Assembly: GCA_022843145.1 (NCBI GenBank)
Contig: JALHOF010000020.1
Location: 1,514 to 65,513, forward strand
Source: Hyphomicrobium sp.
GTDB taxonomy: Bacteria > Pseudomonadota > Alphaproteobacteria > Rhizobiales > Hyphomicrobiaceae
Length of the DNA: 64,000 bases
Direction: 5' to 3'
In this document: in pieces, positions 10,209 through 19,665 of the stretch
Layout of the letters: each line of letters starts with the position of its first letter
Position numbering within the stretch: position 1 is the first letter of the stretch
The notes under the pieces: model-generated
Databases searched by the model: none
What the model was told of the DNA's origin: nothing
The model's input: only the letters and a program-made list of their open reading frames with translations
Translations under genes and position numbers: made by a program

Positions 10209-10508
10209 ATGACCAGGCGCTGTGAGCTGACCGGCAAGCTGCCGATGTCCGGCAACCTTCGGAGCCACGCATTGAACGCCAAGCGGCGCGTGTTCCGTCC
10301 CAATCTCTGCAACGTCACGCTGATGAGCGAGTCGCTCGGCCGCAAGATCCGCGTACGTGTCAGCGCCCATGCGCTGAAGACCGTCGAGCACCGGGGTGGT
10401 CTTGACGCCTTCCTGCTCAAGGCCCGCGACGAGGAACTGTCGGCACAGTGCCTGAAGCTGAAGCGCGAGCTCTCAAAAGGCAAGGCTGAGGCCGCCGCCG
10501 CCGCTTGA
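10209..10508 (+). CDS. rpmB: 50S ribosomal protein L28
   Basis: [10 protein letters not shown]...[19 protein letters not shown] is the L28 signature. Confidence 0.95.
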   Translation: MTRRCELTGKLPMSGNLRSHALNAKRRVFRPNLCNVTLMSESLGRKIRVRVSAHALKTVEHRGGLDAFLLKARDEELSAQCLKLKRELSKGKAEAAAAA

Positions 10509-10539
10509 ACTGGCCCAGCTTGCCGATAGCACTCTGTTC

Positions 10540-10571
10540 AGGCCGCCCGACAAATGTCCGGCGGCCTTTCT
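10540..10571. terminator. hairpin between convergent rpmB and nth (AGGCCGCC / GGCGGCCT, 12-nt loop, followed by TTCT)
   Basis: Inverted repeat 10540-10547 / 10560-10567 read directly. The T-tract is short. Confidence 0.45.
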
Positions 10572-10610
10572 GCTGTGCGATCGCGTGATAGGCCGTGCTC
10601 GGCGCCCTTG

Positions 10611-11339
10611 TCAGACATCCGTCTTTTCTGAGCTGGAACAGAGTTCCCGCACCGGACACCGGCTGCATTCCGGCTTTCGCGCCTTGCACAGATAGCGGCC
10701 GTGCAGAATGAGCCAATGGTGGGCGTGAAGCGCGTACTCGGGCGGGATGAGGCGCACGAGATCCAGCTCCACGGCTTCCGGCGTTTTGCCACGCGATAGT
10801 CCGAGGCGGTGTGAGACGCGGAACACATGCGTATCGACGGCCATCGTCGGATGCCCGAACGCCATGTTCAGCACGACATTCGCCGTCTTGCGGCCGACGC
10901 CCGGCAGCGCCTCGAGCGCCTCGCGGTCGTCTGGCACCTCGCCGTCGTGCGCATCGACGAGCTTCTGCGACAACAGAACGACGTTCTTGGCCTTGTTGCG
11001 GAAGAGGCCGATGGTCTTGATGTACTCGCGGACGTTATCCTCGCCGAGCGCCAGTATCTTCTGCGGTGTGTCCGCTATTCTGAACAGCGCCCTGGTCGCC
11101 TTGTTCACCCCCGCGTCGGTGGCTTGCGCGGACAGCACGACGGCGACCAGAAGAGTATAGGGATTGACGTGCTCGAGCTCACCTTTGGGTTCCGGCTCGA
11201 TCGCAGAAAATCGCCTGAACATTTCCGAGACATCGGCGACCCTGCGCGCGGCGGGAAGACTGCCGCGCGTTTTGACGGCCGGACGCCGCGTCACCGCGGC
11301 ATCTACGGACGCAACACTCCCCCGCTTAGCACTTTTCAT
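10611..11339 (-). CDS. nth: endonuclease III
   Basis: NPYTLLVAVVLSAQATDAGVN, an HhH-GPD region, and a C-terminal Cys cluster (C..C..C..C). I prefer the internal ATG at 11337-11339 because the listed start at 11420 would overlap the divergent gene starting at 11384. Confidence 0.9.
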   Translation of the reverse strand: MKSAKRGSVASVDAAVTRRPAVKTRGSLPAARRVADVSEMFRRFSAIEPEPKGELEHVNPYTLLVAVVLSAQATDAGVNKATRALFRIADTPQKILALGEDNVREYIKTIGLFRNKAKNVVLLSQKLVDAHDGEVPDDREALEALPGVGRKTANVVLNMAFGHPTMAVDTHVFRVSHRLGLSRGKTPEAVELDLVRLIPPEYALHAHHWLILHGRYLCKARKPECSRCPVRELCSSSEKTDV

Positions 11340-11383
11340 CGCACCCCCTTTGACACGCGCGACATGCCGATTACGGTAGAGAG

Positions 11384-11926
11384 ATGACCGAAAAAGCCGC
11401 GCCCCCGCAAGTCGATCCATCGCACGAAATTGCGCAGCCCCTACCCGTCCAACCGCCTGGGCTGCACGTCGTCCTCAGCGCGCATCGCTCACTCGGGCCG
11501 ACCGGGTTCATGGTGCTGATGACACTCTTCGGCGGCGTCAGCTTTATCACAGGGGTGATGTTCCTGACTGTCGGCGCGTGGCCGGTTTTGGCATTCTTCG
11601 GGCTCGACGTCGCCCTCGTCTATCTCGCCTTCAAGCTCAATTACCGCGCCGGCAAGATTCACGAACTCGTCGATCTGACGCCGCAATCACTCACCATCAC
11701 CCGCATTCATCCTTCCGGCGCGCGAGAGAATTTCGACTTCAATCCCTATTGGGCGCGGGTCGCGCTCGAGGAATGGCCCGACGGCCGCACGGATTTGCGG
11801 ATCGCCTCGCACGGTCACGAGTTCCCCTTCGCGCGCTTTCTGAACGACGACGAGCGGCGCGAATTCGCGGAAATCCTGCGTGACGCCCTCATCGCCAATC
11901 GCACTGCGCCGCACGGCGCTGTCTAG
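11384..11926 (+). CDS. integral membrane protein, DUF2244-like
   Basis: Two TM helices followed by LTITRIHPSG..FDFNPYWARV, as I remember for DUF2244 proteins. Not verified. Confidence 0.55.
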   Translation: MTEKAAPPQVDPSHEIAQPLPVQPPGLHVVLSAHRSLGPTGFMVLMTLFGGVSFITGVMFLTVGAWPVLAFFGLDVALVYLAFKLNYRAGKIHELVDLTPQSLTITRIHPSGARENFDFNPYWARVALEEWPDGRTDLRIASHGHEFPFARFLNDDERREFAEILRDALIANRTAPHGAV

Positions 11927-12016
11927 TTCCCCTTCACGCACGACCGGCATTTCCGGGCCGAGCAAGAAACGGGTCGCCGTAGCCCTGTTTACGGGCTTAG
12001 GGTCATTGCAACTTCA

Positions 12017-12952
12017 ATGCCCTGGAGCTTTCCCATGCCGCAAACTCGACCTGCAACGGCGGGTCCGTCGCAGCCGCTGCCCGGCACGGAACACGACTAC
12101 GACTACGTCCGAGCCGCCATCCGCTTCCTCTCCGAACGGTGGCAGGACCAGCCGGACCTCGAGCGCCTCGCCGCACATCTCGGACTATCTCCCACGCATT
12201 GCCAGAAGCTGTTCAAACGCTGGTGCGGACTGTCGCCGAAGGAGTTCCTGCAGGCGGTGACGCTCGACCACGCGCGACGGCTGCTCGACGGTTCGTCGAG
12301 CGTGCTGTCGACGGCGCATGCGGTCGGCCTTTCGGGCGGTGGGAGGCTACACGACTTGTTCGTCACGCATGAAGCGATGACGCCCGGAGACGCCCGCAAA
12401 CGCGGTGAAGGGCTCGACATCGCCTATGGCTTCCACCCGACACCATTCGGTCTGGCTCTTGCCGCGATGACGCCGCGCGGCCTTGCAGCACTGGCATTCG
12501 TGGATGAGGACAAAGGCCAGTCCGCAACCGACGTGCTTGCGGAGATGACCGGGCGCTGGCCGCGCGCCACATGGCGGCACGCACCCAGCGCGACTGCACC
12601 GACTGTCGAGGACATTTTCGCGCGACCTGGTCTCCAGCGCGAGATCCGTCTCGTGCTGATCGGAACGGATTGGGAGGTTCGCGTCTGGCGCGCACTGCTC
12701 GACATTCCGGCTGGCCGCGCGGTGAGCTACGTCGACGTCGCGCGTCACGTGTGTTCCGAACGCGCCGCGCGCGCCGTCGGAACAGCCGTCGGCCGAAATC
12801 CGATCTCGTTCGTCGTGCCGTGCCATCGCGTCCTGCGCGCGAACGGCGGCCTTGGCGGCTATCATTGGGGTCTCACGCGCAAGCGCGCGATCCTCGGCTG
12901 GGAAGCCGGTCAGATCGCCGTAACGGGCGGCCGCGGCTCGCCTAACCTTTGA
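12017..12952 (+). CDS. bifunctional AraC-type HTH / methylated-DNA-protein-cysteine methyltransferase (Ada/Ogt-like)
   Basis: N-terminal AraC HTH (LAAHLGLSPTHCQKLFKRWCGLSPKEF) and C-terminal MGMT active site PCHRVLRANGGLGGYHWG. Confidence 0.85.
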   Translation: MPWSFPMPQTRPATAGPSQPLPGTEHDYDYVRAAIRFLSERWQDQPDLERLAAHLGLSPTHCQKLFKRWCGLSPKEFLQAVTLDHARRLLDGSSSVLSTAHAVGLSGGGRLHDLFVTHEAMTPGDARKRGEGLDIAYGFHPTPFGLALAAMTPRGLAALAFVDEDKGQSATDVLAEMTGRWPRATWRHAPSATAPTVEDIFARPGLQREIRLVLIGTDWEVRVWRALLDIPAGRAVSYVDVARHVCSERAARAVGTAVGRNPISFVVPCHRVLRANGGLGGYHWGLTRKRAILGWEAGQIAVTGGRGSPNL

Positions 12953-13571
12953 TCGCGGTGTGCGCCAAGAGCGTTCCCGCCAGGATTACCGAGATCCCGC
13001 CGGCCCGGTCGAGCCAACGTCGCCCCGCGTCGCTCGTCGCCATCCACTCGAACCGGCGCCCCGCAAGCCCATATGTGAGCGCGGCCACCGCCTCGAACGT
13101 GAGAAAGAGCGCGCCCGCGGCAAGCACCGCACCGCTTGTTATCTCGCCTGGGACGATGAGGCCTGGCAGGAACGGCACCAGCACGATCAACGGCTTCGGA
13201 TTCGCGAAGGCGACGGTGAACTCGTCACGGCAGAGTTGCACGCGGTCGGGTGCTGCGAGCGCCGAATATCCCGGTGCTTCCGCGCGAGACGTGCGGGTCA
13301 ACATTCGAATGCCGAGCCAGCCGAGGAAGCAAGCACCAAACAAGGCGATGCCACGGAATACCACGGGTGATGCCACGACGAGCGAGCCGAGCCCCACCGC
13401 CAAAAGCGCGATCAGCCCCGCATATGCTGCTTGTCGTCCGAGACTGGCGAACACCGACGTACCGAGATCATGGCGCGCCGCATTCGAGAGCGCGAAGATG
13501 TTGTTTGGGCCAGGGTAGAAGTTCAGCGCCAGCGACGCCGGCACGAACACACTGAGGAACTCGCTCGTCAT
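12942..13571 (-). CDS. LysE/RhtB-family amino-acid exporter
   Basis: ~209 aa, six hydrophobic segments, N-terminal PGPNNIF motif typical of LysE translocators. Confidence 0.75.
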   Translation of the reverse strand: MTSEFLSVFVPASLALNFYPGPNNIFALSNAARHDLGTSVFASLGRQAAYAGLIALLAVGLGSLVVASPVVFRGIALFGACFLGWLGIRMLTRTSRAEAPGYSALAAPDRVQLCRDEFTVAFANPKPLIVLVPFLPGLIVPGEITSGAVLAAGALFLTFEAVAALTYGLAGRRFEWMATSDAGRRWLDRAGGISVILAGTLLAHTAIKG

Positions 13572-13664
13572 TTCGGCCCCGCGTATGATTCCGCCGCGCT
13601 AGGCCATATGACCCTTCGTGCCGCATTCGCAGGCACATCGCGCACGAGGATCAGGCAGACCGGA

Positions 13665-14060
13665 CTAGGAGAAGCGGCCACCCCGCTGCAGAACCTCGAT
13701 CTTGTAGCCATCCGGGTCCTCGATGAAGAAGAACCTCGCAAACGGCATGCCATCGCGGGTCATCTGCTTGACGTCTTTCGGCGCGAGTCCAGCGGCACGC
13801 ATGCGCGCGTGCTCGATCTCGACGTCCACCACCGATACGGCCAGATGTCCATAGCCGTTGCCGAGATCGTAAGCTGCGTCGCGACCGGCATTGACCGTCA
13901 GTTCGAGTTCGAAACCCGTTTCGGCGTTGCTCATGTAGATCAGCGTGAAATCGGGAAACGGGATGCGCTCCGCGATCTCGAGTCCGAACGCCGCGCGATA
14001 GAACGCGACCGAGCGCGCCTCCTCGAGGACGCGGACCATCGCATGGATCAACTTCGCCAT
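13665..14060 (-). CDS. gloA: glyoxalase I / VOC-family protein
   Basis: 131 aa. H/E/H/E metal-ligand pattern at IHAMVRV, ELELT, GHLAV, KIEVL. Confidence 0.65.
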   Translation of the reverse strand: MAKLIHAMVRVLEEARSVAFYRAAFGLEIAERIPFPDFTLIYMSNAETGFELELTVNAGRDAAYDLGNGYGHLAVSVVDVEIEHARMRAAGLAPKDVKQMTRDGMPFARFFFIEDPDGYKIEVLQRGGRFS

Positions 14061-14064
14061 GGCG

Positions 14065-14670
14065 CTACAGCCACGGCCGCGACTTGCCAGTCGTCTTTTC
14101 GAAGCTGGTGATGGTTTCTTCCTTCTGCAGCGTCAGGCCGACCGCATCGAGACCATTCAGCAGGCAGTGCTTGCGGAACGGGTCGATCTCAAACTTGATC
14201 ACGCCGCCGTCCGGTCCGCGGATTTCCTGTGCTTCGAGATCGATGGAGACGGTCGCGTTCGACCCCCTGCTGGCGTCATCCATCAGCTTGTCGACATCCG
14301 CCTGCGGCAGCTTGATTGGCAAAATGCCGTTCTGGAAGCAGTTGTTATAGAAGATATCGGCGAAGTCCGGCGCGATCACGCAGCGGATCCCGAAATCGAG
14401 AAGCGCCCAGGGTGCGTGCTCGCGCGACGAGCCGCAGCCGAAGTTGTCACCAGTGACCAGGATCTGCGCGCCCCGATAGGCCGGCTTGTTGAGAACGAAG
14501 TCGGCATTCTCCTTGCCGTCGGTGTCGTAGCGCATCTCGTAGAACAGCGACTTGCCGAGGCCAGTGCGCTTGATCGTCTTCAGAAACTGTTTGGGGATGA
14601 TCATGTCGGTATCGATATTGCGCAGCGGCAACGCCGCCGCGATACCGTTGAGCTTGTTAAACTTGTCCAT
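14065..14670 (-). CDS. leuD: 3-isopropylmalate dehydratase small subunit
   Basis: [31 protein letters not shown] and [17 protein letters not shown] motifs. Trimmed to the ATG at 14668-14670. Confidence 0.9.
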   Translation of the reverse strand: MDKFNKLNGIAAALPLRNIDTDMIIPKQFLKTIKRTGLGKSLFYEMRYDTDGKENADFVLNKPAYRGAQILVTGDNFGCGSSREHAPWALLDFGIRCVIAPDFADIFYNNCFQNGILPIKLPQADVDKLMDDASRGSNATVSIDLEAQEIRGPDGGVIKFEIDPFRKHCLLNGLDAVGLTLQKEETITSFEKTTGKSRPWL

Positions 14671-14753
14671 CCCGTCCTTCCCCCCGGTGTTCGGGGTCAA
14701 CGTCGCGTTGCAGTTTCGAGGTAAGTCCTCGGATGTCGTGATCGGGACGGGCC

Positions 14754-15188
14754 TCAGGTCCTGAGGCCATCTGCGAGAGCCCTGAAATACCCTTCAGCGG
14801 CCACCAAGTTTCCCAACAGCTTCCTCCGGTCGATGTCTTGCCCCGGCTCGAAGGCGAGATCGGCCGGCCGCAGCATTTCGAGCCGCCTTTTAACGCCAGC
14901 GAGCTTTCGCCCGTCAAGATGATGTTGCAGCACGCTCACAATCGTCTCGATATAGCCCGTAATCCGGCCGAACTCGCGCAGCGCCTCGAGCCGGGCCACT
15001 GGATCTGCGCGAACTGCCTCGATCCGCTGCAACGCGGTCGCGGCGCGGTCGAGGGTCGCGGCCACATCGCCCGCATAATTGGCGATCCGGTCGCGATTTC
15101 CGGCATCGAGTGCGGCGAGCGACGTGAGCCAGCGATGCACCGTTTCGGCCAGGGCAAGCAGGCGGCGCGAATATTCCGTGAGGCGCAT
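14754..15188 (-). CDS. hypothetical helical protein (144 aa)
   Basis: I trimmed the listed 246-aa ORF to the internal ATG at 15186-15188 so it does not overlap the upstream gene. No family recognised. Confidence 0.35.
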   Translation of the reverse strand: MRLTEYSRRLLALAETVHRWLTSLAALDAGNRDRIANYAGDVAATLDRAATALQRIEAVRADPVARLEALREFGRITGYIETIVSVLQHHLDGRKLAGVKRRLEMLRPADLAFEPGQDIDRRKLLGNLVAAEGYFRALADGLRT

Positions 15189-15286
15189 GTGCGGGCACTC
15201 GGTGCGGATCTCCCGTAAGAGACTAGGCCCGCGTCCGGCGCCGGGGATAATTTCGCGTGCAAAGCCAGTCCGATCGGACGCGACCG

Positions 15287-15802
15287 TCAGCGAATGCTGC
15301 TGTCGTCGTAGCAGCGCCGCATGTACTCGCAGCGGTGGCTGCCGGACACGTGCATGCTGTCGCCCTTCGCAGGCGCGATGAACTTGCACACCTCTTCGAG
15401 GCCGTCGGGTGTCAACCAACCTTGACGACGGCCACGCTGAACGGCGAAGCAATCTGCGGTTTCCTCGTCGGGACCACGAAACTGGTGGCCGCATTCATGC
15501 GCGAAGATCCACAGCTTTACCGGGGTCGAAATGCGCGACATGAGCTTCGGATTGAGGATGAGGAAGCCCGGATAGGCCGCTCCGTAATCGTCAAGCTGGT
15601 TGTCGAGGACGGTCGGGCGATGTCCGCATTGCATTTTGTAGTTGTCGATCTTCAACTGGCCGGACGGCACGATGGATGCGTCGCCGCCCACATGCGCGGC
15701 GTACTCCTCCGGCGTCGGCGGCCCTTCAGCGTTCGCTGCAGCGCCCGCGAGCACCAGCAGCGTCACGGCAATCCGTGACAGCACTTTTCGGCAGAACGTC
15801 AC
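15287..15802 (-). CDS. small exported Cys-rich protein with an HExxH zinc-metalloprotease motif
   Basis: An in-frame GTG at 15800-15802 gives the signal peptide TFCRKVLSRIAVTLLVLAGAAANA/EG. FAHECGHQF motif and six Cys in the mature part. No family name assigned. Confidence 0.5.
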   Translation of the reverse strand: MTFCRKVLSRIAVTLLVLAGAAANAEGPPTPEEYAAHVGGDASIVPSGQLKIDNYKMQCGHRPTVLDNQLDDYGAAYPGFLILNPKLMSRISTPVKLWIFAHECGHQFRGPDEETADCFAVQRGRRQGWLTPDGLEEVCKFIAPAKGDSMHVSGSHRCEYMRRCYDDSSIR

Positions 15803-15941
15803 GATCGGATCTCGCCCCAGCTTCGCGCAAGGTCGACACCTTTGCGCGATTTCCCCGACAACACAAGGCAACCCGGCCCAACTGACCACCGATCATTCGG
15901 CAGGCGTGACCGCAGGGCCGCGGCGGCACGCGACAGTGCGG

Positions 15942-16355
15942 CTAATTCGTTACGGAACCCTCGATTTCCTCCATATCCGCGTCCGAGAAGCCGAAATGAT
16001 GGCCGATCTCGTGCACGAGGACGTGCGTGACGATATCTCCAAGTGTTTCATCACCATCAGCCCAATAATCGAGGAGCGCGCGACGATAGAGGAACACCAT
16101 GTCCGGCTCGCGGGCAGTGTCGGCCACGCTCTTCTTGTCCAGACTGAGGCCTTGATACAGTCCCATCAAGTCGAACGGGCTCTCGATGCCCAATTCGTCC
16201 AGAACTTCATCAGTCGCAAAGTCTTCAACGCGGATGACGAGGTCACCGCACATTTGACGGAAGTCAGCCGGAAGCTTTCCCCAGGCGTCGCCAGCCATCG
16301 CCTCGAAGTCCTCGAGTGTGGGCGCCAATGCGCCTTGCCAACTCGTCCGCGACAT
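15942..16355 (-). CDS. metallopeptidase-family protein (small cytosolic Zn-binding HExxH protein, DUF1025-like)
   Basis: C-terminal VLVHEIGHHFGFSDADMEEIE motif. Trimmed to the ATG at 16353-16355. Confidence 0.7.
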   Translation of the reverse strand: MSRTSWQGALAPTLEDFEAMAGDAWGKLPADFRQMCGDLVIRVEDFATDEVLDELGIESPFDLMGLYQGLSLDKKSVADTAREPDMVFLYRRALLDYWADGDETLGDIVTHVLVHEIGHHFGFSDADMEEIEGSVTN

Positions 16356-16478
16356 CTGTCCGCCCTTTCTTCTGCGCCGCCTCGCCACGGCACCGCACAC
16401 ATAGGGGGATACGCGAACAATGAACAGGCCTTGCAGCGGGGGCCCGGCACGGCGCGTGACCCGAGGCCGATTGACCGT

Positions 16479-17291
16479 TCACGCGGATTTGCGGGCAACG
16501 ACCACCAACTCGCGCAACGAGATCCACAACTCGTTCCCCGCACGCCGCGGCATGAGAAAGTCCGCCAGATGACCCCGGCCTCCCGCAGCATCGTGCTCGA
16601 GCATGGAGGCCAGTCTTTCGACGGTGTCAGTTGTGCATTGCATGCGCCGCACCCACGCGCCGAATTCCATCTCCTTCGCAATCACGCACTGCGCGACCAT
16701 GCGCAGTTCAGCGTTGCCGATCATCTTGACCCACTCGCCGGTTGTCAGGGCGCGGGCGTGCGAAGGGTCGCGCAACTTTTCGAACTGGTTGTAGAGGGTC
16801 GACGCATCGCGCGCCCCGGCACGCGACAACGCCGGCATCGTCACCTCGTCCGGGCTCACGTTGTCGACCAGCGCCAATGTGCCGCCGGGCTTGAGCACGC
16901 GCGCAGCCTCGGCGATGAACGCCGCCGGCTCCGCAAAGTGGTGCGCCGCCAAGCGGCAGCACACGAGATCGAACGCGCCGTCGCCGAACGGCAACCGATC
17001 GGCGGAAGCCACAGCCGTCTCGACATTCGTGATACCGCGGCTCGCCGCCAGCGATCGCGTCTCGGCGAGCATCTCCTCTGTGATGTCGCTGGCGATCATG
17101 CGCGCGACGTGCGGTGCGAACGCCAGCGCCATGTGCCCCGCACCAGTTGCGACATCGAGACCAGTCCAATCGGGCTGAGGATCGGCCATCCCGACCAGCA
17201 TTTTCAAGCTCTCGCCCGCGGCATGGACTTCGGAGGTCGCATACGCCGCGGCGTTCGCGCCGAATTGCGATTGCACGAGGGATCGGGTCAT
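16479..17291 (-). CDS. class I SAM-dependent methyltransferase (UbiE/Methyltransf_11 type)
   Basis: LDVATGAGHMALAFA (motif I) and LKPGGTLALVDN. Trimmed to the ATG at 17289-17291. Lies 111 nt downstream of crtY on the same strand. Confidence 0.75.
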   Translation of the reverse strand: MTRSLVQSQFGANAAAYATSEVHAAGESLKMLVGMADPQPDWTGLDVATGAGHMALAFAPHVARMIASDITEEMLAETRSLAASRGITNVETAVASADRLPFGDGAFDLVCCRLAAHHFAEPAAFIAEAARVLKPGGTLALVDNVSPDEVTMPALSRAGARDASTLYNQFEKLRDPSHARALTTGEWVKMIGNAELRMVAQCVIAKEMEFGAWVRRMQCTTDTVERLASMLEHDAAGGRGHLADFLMPRRAGNELWISLRELVVVARKSA

Positions 17292-17402
17292 CTGAGCCTC
17301 CAGGCTACCGGTTGCGACTGTCCTAGCGCTGTCGCAAGCAGCAGGCAAACCGCCCGACTGCGCCGCCGGCCCGCACGCCATGCGTGCGGTTCGCCAACCG
17401 CA

Positions 17403-18590
17403 CTACTGCGGGCGCCCCGGCGTCATCGGACGTCGTGGCCGCGCGCTCCACGGCGACAATCCCTGCAGGGCGCGCATCACCGGGATAGGCGGACGGCCGG
17501 TCAGAATCTGCGCCTTGTCGAATGCCGTGGGTTTGCCAGCGTAAAACCGCTCGATCAGCGGTTGCGGCAGGCGATAGAAGCGCTGCATCACGTCCCGCCG
17601 CTCGTCCGGTCGCGCAGAAATGAAGAGCAGCCGGTTCAACATCCGGAAAAACGACTGTCGTGACCAGCATGCCTCGCCGATGTCGCGAATAATGCGCGAT
17701 GCCGACGCCGTGGTGAGCGGCGCCAATTCGACGAGCGCATCGGCGACCTCCGCCGCGAGCGGCAACGAATAGCCCGTGGTTTGATGAAACAACCCCGCTC
17801 GCATCCCCGACCGCGCCTGTGCCATCGCCTGCGACGGCCAGAACGACTCGATACCGCCGTCGAGCATGATCGGCAGGACACCGGCCTCGTCGCGCACGAC
17901 CGACGCGATCTCCCAGCCGGCCGCCTGCGCATAGTCCCGCACACGCCTTGCCAGCAAGTCCACCTCGAGCGCGGCATGATCGGAGTAGTAGGTGTCCTCG
18001 ATGAGCATCCGCGTCTCATCGAACGGCAAGCAATAGACGAAGCGATAGCCATCGATCTGATCGACAGTGGCGTCCATGATCACCGGATACCGCAATCCAT
18101 GAGGCCGGCGCGTTTCCACTTCGAGACCGACGAACTTCTGATAGCCGAACGCCACGCCAGACACCCACTGAAGCCCGCGCCCGTCGATCACGCACCGGGC
18201 GACGACGCGCTGCCCGCCGACGAATTCGATTGCGTCCGGCTCGACCGCCGTCACGCGGCGCCCAAGCTCGACGCTGATACCGGGAAGCGTGGACACGACG
18301 CGATGGAAGTCGTCAGATCCGATAGATCGGTATCCGGTGGCGATGCGGCGGCGGAACGCGGGGAATACCACGTCCTGTTCAGCCCATGCCCGCACGACCA
18401 TTGGCTGAAGCCAGCGATCCTGGGCCGGGGTGACGTCGGTGGCATGGAACGACCAGGTGTGGTTGCCACCCAATCGCGCACCAGCTTCGACAATCAACAC
18501 CTTGAGTTCGGGCCGGCGCGCAGTGAGGCGGGTCGCAATTAGGCCGTTGGCCAGGCCGCCGCCGACCAGGATCACGTCGAAATCTGTCAT
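17403..18590 (-). CDS. crtY: lycopene beta-cyclase
   Basis: FDVILVGGGLANGLIA dinucleotide fold, GGNHTWSFH motif and a length of ~395 aa are typical of CrtY. Trimmed to the ATG at 18588-18590. Confidence 0.8.
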   Translation of the reverse strand: MTDFDVILVGGGLANGLIATRLTARRPELKVLIVEAGARLGGNHTWSFHATDVTPAQDRWLQPMVVRAWAEQDVVFPAFRRRIATGYRSIGSDDFHRVVSTLPGISVELGRRVTAVEPDAIEFVGGQRVVARCVIDGRGLQWVSGVAFGYQKFVGLEVETRRPHGLRYPVIMDATVDQIDGYRFVYCLPFDETRMLIEDTYYSDHAALEVDLLARRVRDYAQAAGWEIASVVRDEAGVLPIMLDGGIESFWPSQAMAQARSGMRAGLFHQTTGYSLPLAAEVADALVELAPLTTASASRIIRDIGEACWSRQSFFRMLNRLLFISARPDERRDVMQRFYRLPQPLIERFYAGKPTAFDKAQILTGRPPIPVMRALQGLSPWSARPRRPMTPGRPQ

Positions 18591-18787
18591 GCCCACCTGA
18601 CCATTACGACGTTCCATCGTGCGTGGCCCTTTGAATCGGTCCGCACGTTCCAGTGCGGCGGTCTCCCGCCATCGGGTTCGGCGGCCCGCAAGGCATGATC
18701 GGACGTCCGCGATCGGTCAAGCGCAACGCATCGCCATCGGTTCCATATCGACCGTTCGACGCGGCCAATCCGACGTCCCGACAATTA

Positions 18788-18805
18788 TGTAAGCTTATCT
18801 TGACA
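18788..18805. promoter_or_regulatory. perfect PpsR/CrtJ-type palindrome TGTAAGCTTATCTTGACA (TGT-N12-ACA) whose right half is a consensus TTGACA -35 hexamer
   Basis: Read directly from the sequence. 59 nt upstream of the SD-preceded ATG at 18864. Confidence 0.6.
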
Positions 18806-18863
18806 TATTATGGTGTCCACAGCGAGTTTCCATTCTACGTTTCAGGCCGCGACGGAGAGGTCG

Positions 18864-19586
18864 ATGTTGCTGTTCAACGGGCTGCTGGCTGTCCATGTCG
18901 TCGCCGGCGCGACTGGCCTCGTCGCGTTATGGCCGCCGCTTCTTGGGCGGAAGGGCTCCGACCGGCACAAGCAATGGGGGCGGGTCTTCGCATACTGCCT
19001 GTTGGTCACCAGTGTTTGCGCGATCGGCATGAGCCTTTGCACGCTCTATGCGCCGCTCGAGACGCATCCGAAGCTGACCGACATTCGCATGATCCGAAGT
19101 CTGTTCGGCTGGATGATGCTGTACTTGTCTGTTTTCACCGCGACGCTGGTGTGGTTCGGGTTGCAGTGCATCCGGAACCGGCAACGCCACGAAGCCCATC
19201 GCAATGTCGTCACGCTAGGACTACAGCTCGCGACCATCACCGCAGCACTGCTCTGCGCTGTGCAAGGTTGGCTGGCCGAACAGCCGCTGATGATCCTCAT
19301 TTCCGGGCTCGGAATCACTGCCGCGACCCTCAATACCCGCTTCATCTTGATGGACAACCCGCCGCGTAACGAATGGCTGATCCAGCACATGCGCTCCTTT
19401 GTCGGCGCGGGTGTCTCGGTCTACACGGCATTTTTCTCGTTTGGCGCGGCCAATCTTTTGCCCGCGGTGGCGTTCAATCCTCTGTTGTGGGCAGCGCCGA
19501 CCATCGTCGGGATCAGTGTCATCCTCTTTCAGCAACGCGCAATTCGCGGCCTCGCTGGCCGCCGCTCCGGGCTACAATCTTCGTAA
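18864..19586 (+). CDS. uncharacterised integral membrane protein (about 7 TM helices, 240 aa)
   Basis: Hydrophobic periodicity suggests 7 TM helices. GGAGAGG Shine-Dalgarno 6 nt before the ATG at 18864. The listed start at 18810 has no SD and abuts the operator. No family recognised. Confidence 0.5.
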   Translation: MLLFNGLLAVHVVAGATGLVALWPPLLGRKGSDRHKQWGRVFAYCLLVTSVCAIGMSLCTLYAPLETHPKLTDIRMIRSLFGWMMLYLSVFTATLVWFGLQCIRNRQRHEAHRNVVTLGLQLATITAALLCAVQGWLAEQPLMILISGLGITAATLNTRFILMDNPPRNEWLIQHMRSFVGAGVSVYTAFFSFGAANLLPAVAFNPLLWAAPTIVGISVILFQQRAIRGLAGRRSGLQSS

Positions 19587-19665
19587 ATTCCGTGGCCTCC
19601 TGAGAACTTAACGAACTAGCATCGCGGTGGACACGTCAGCAGCTGCGCGGGACGCGCATAAAAAG

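Noticed and set aside
14754-15494. Full-length 246-aa version of this ORF, and the 200-aa version of 15287..15889
   Set aside because: The long forms overlap each other by about 200 nt and begin with Arg-rich junk. Internal starts (ATG 15188; GTG 15802, which gives a proper signal peptide) resolve the overlap.
15642-17663. 673-aa plus-strand ORF
   Set aside because: Spans, in antisense, three separate minus-strand genes with recognisable domains (HExxH proteins, methyltransferase). Composition is Arg-rich shadow type.
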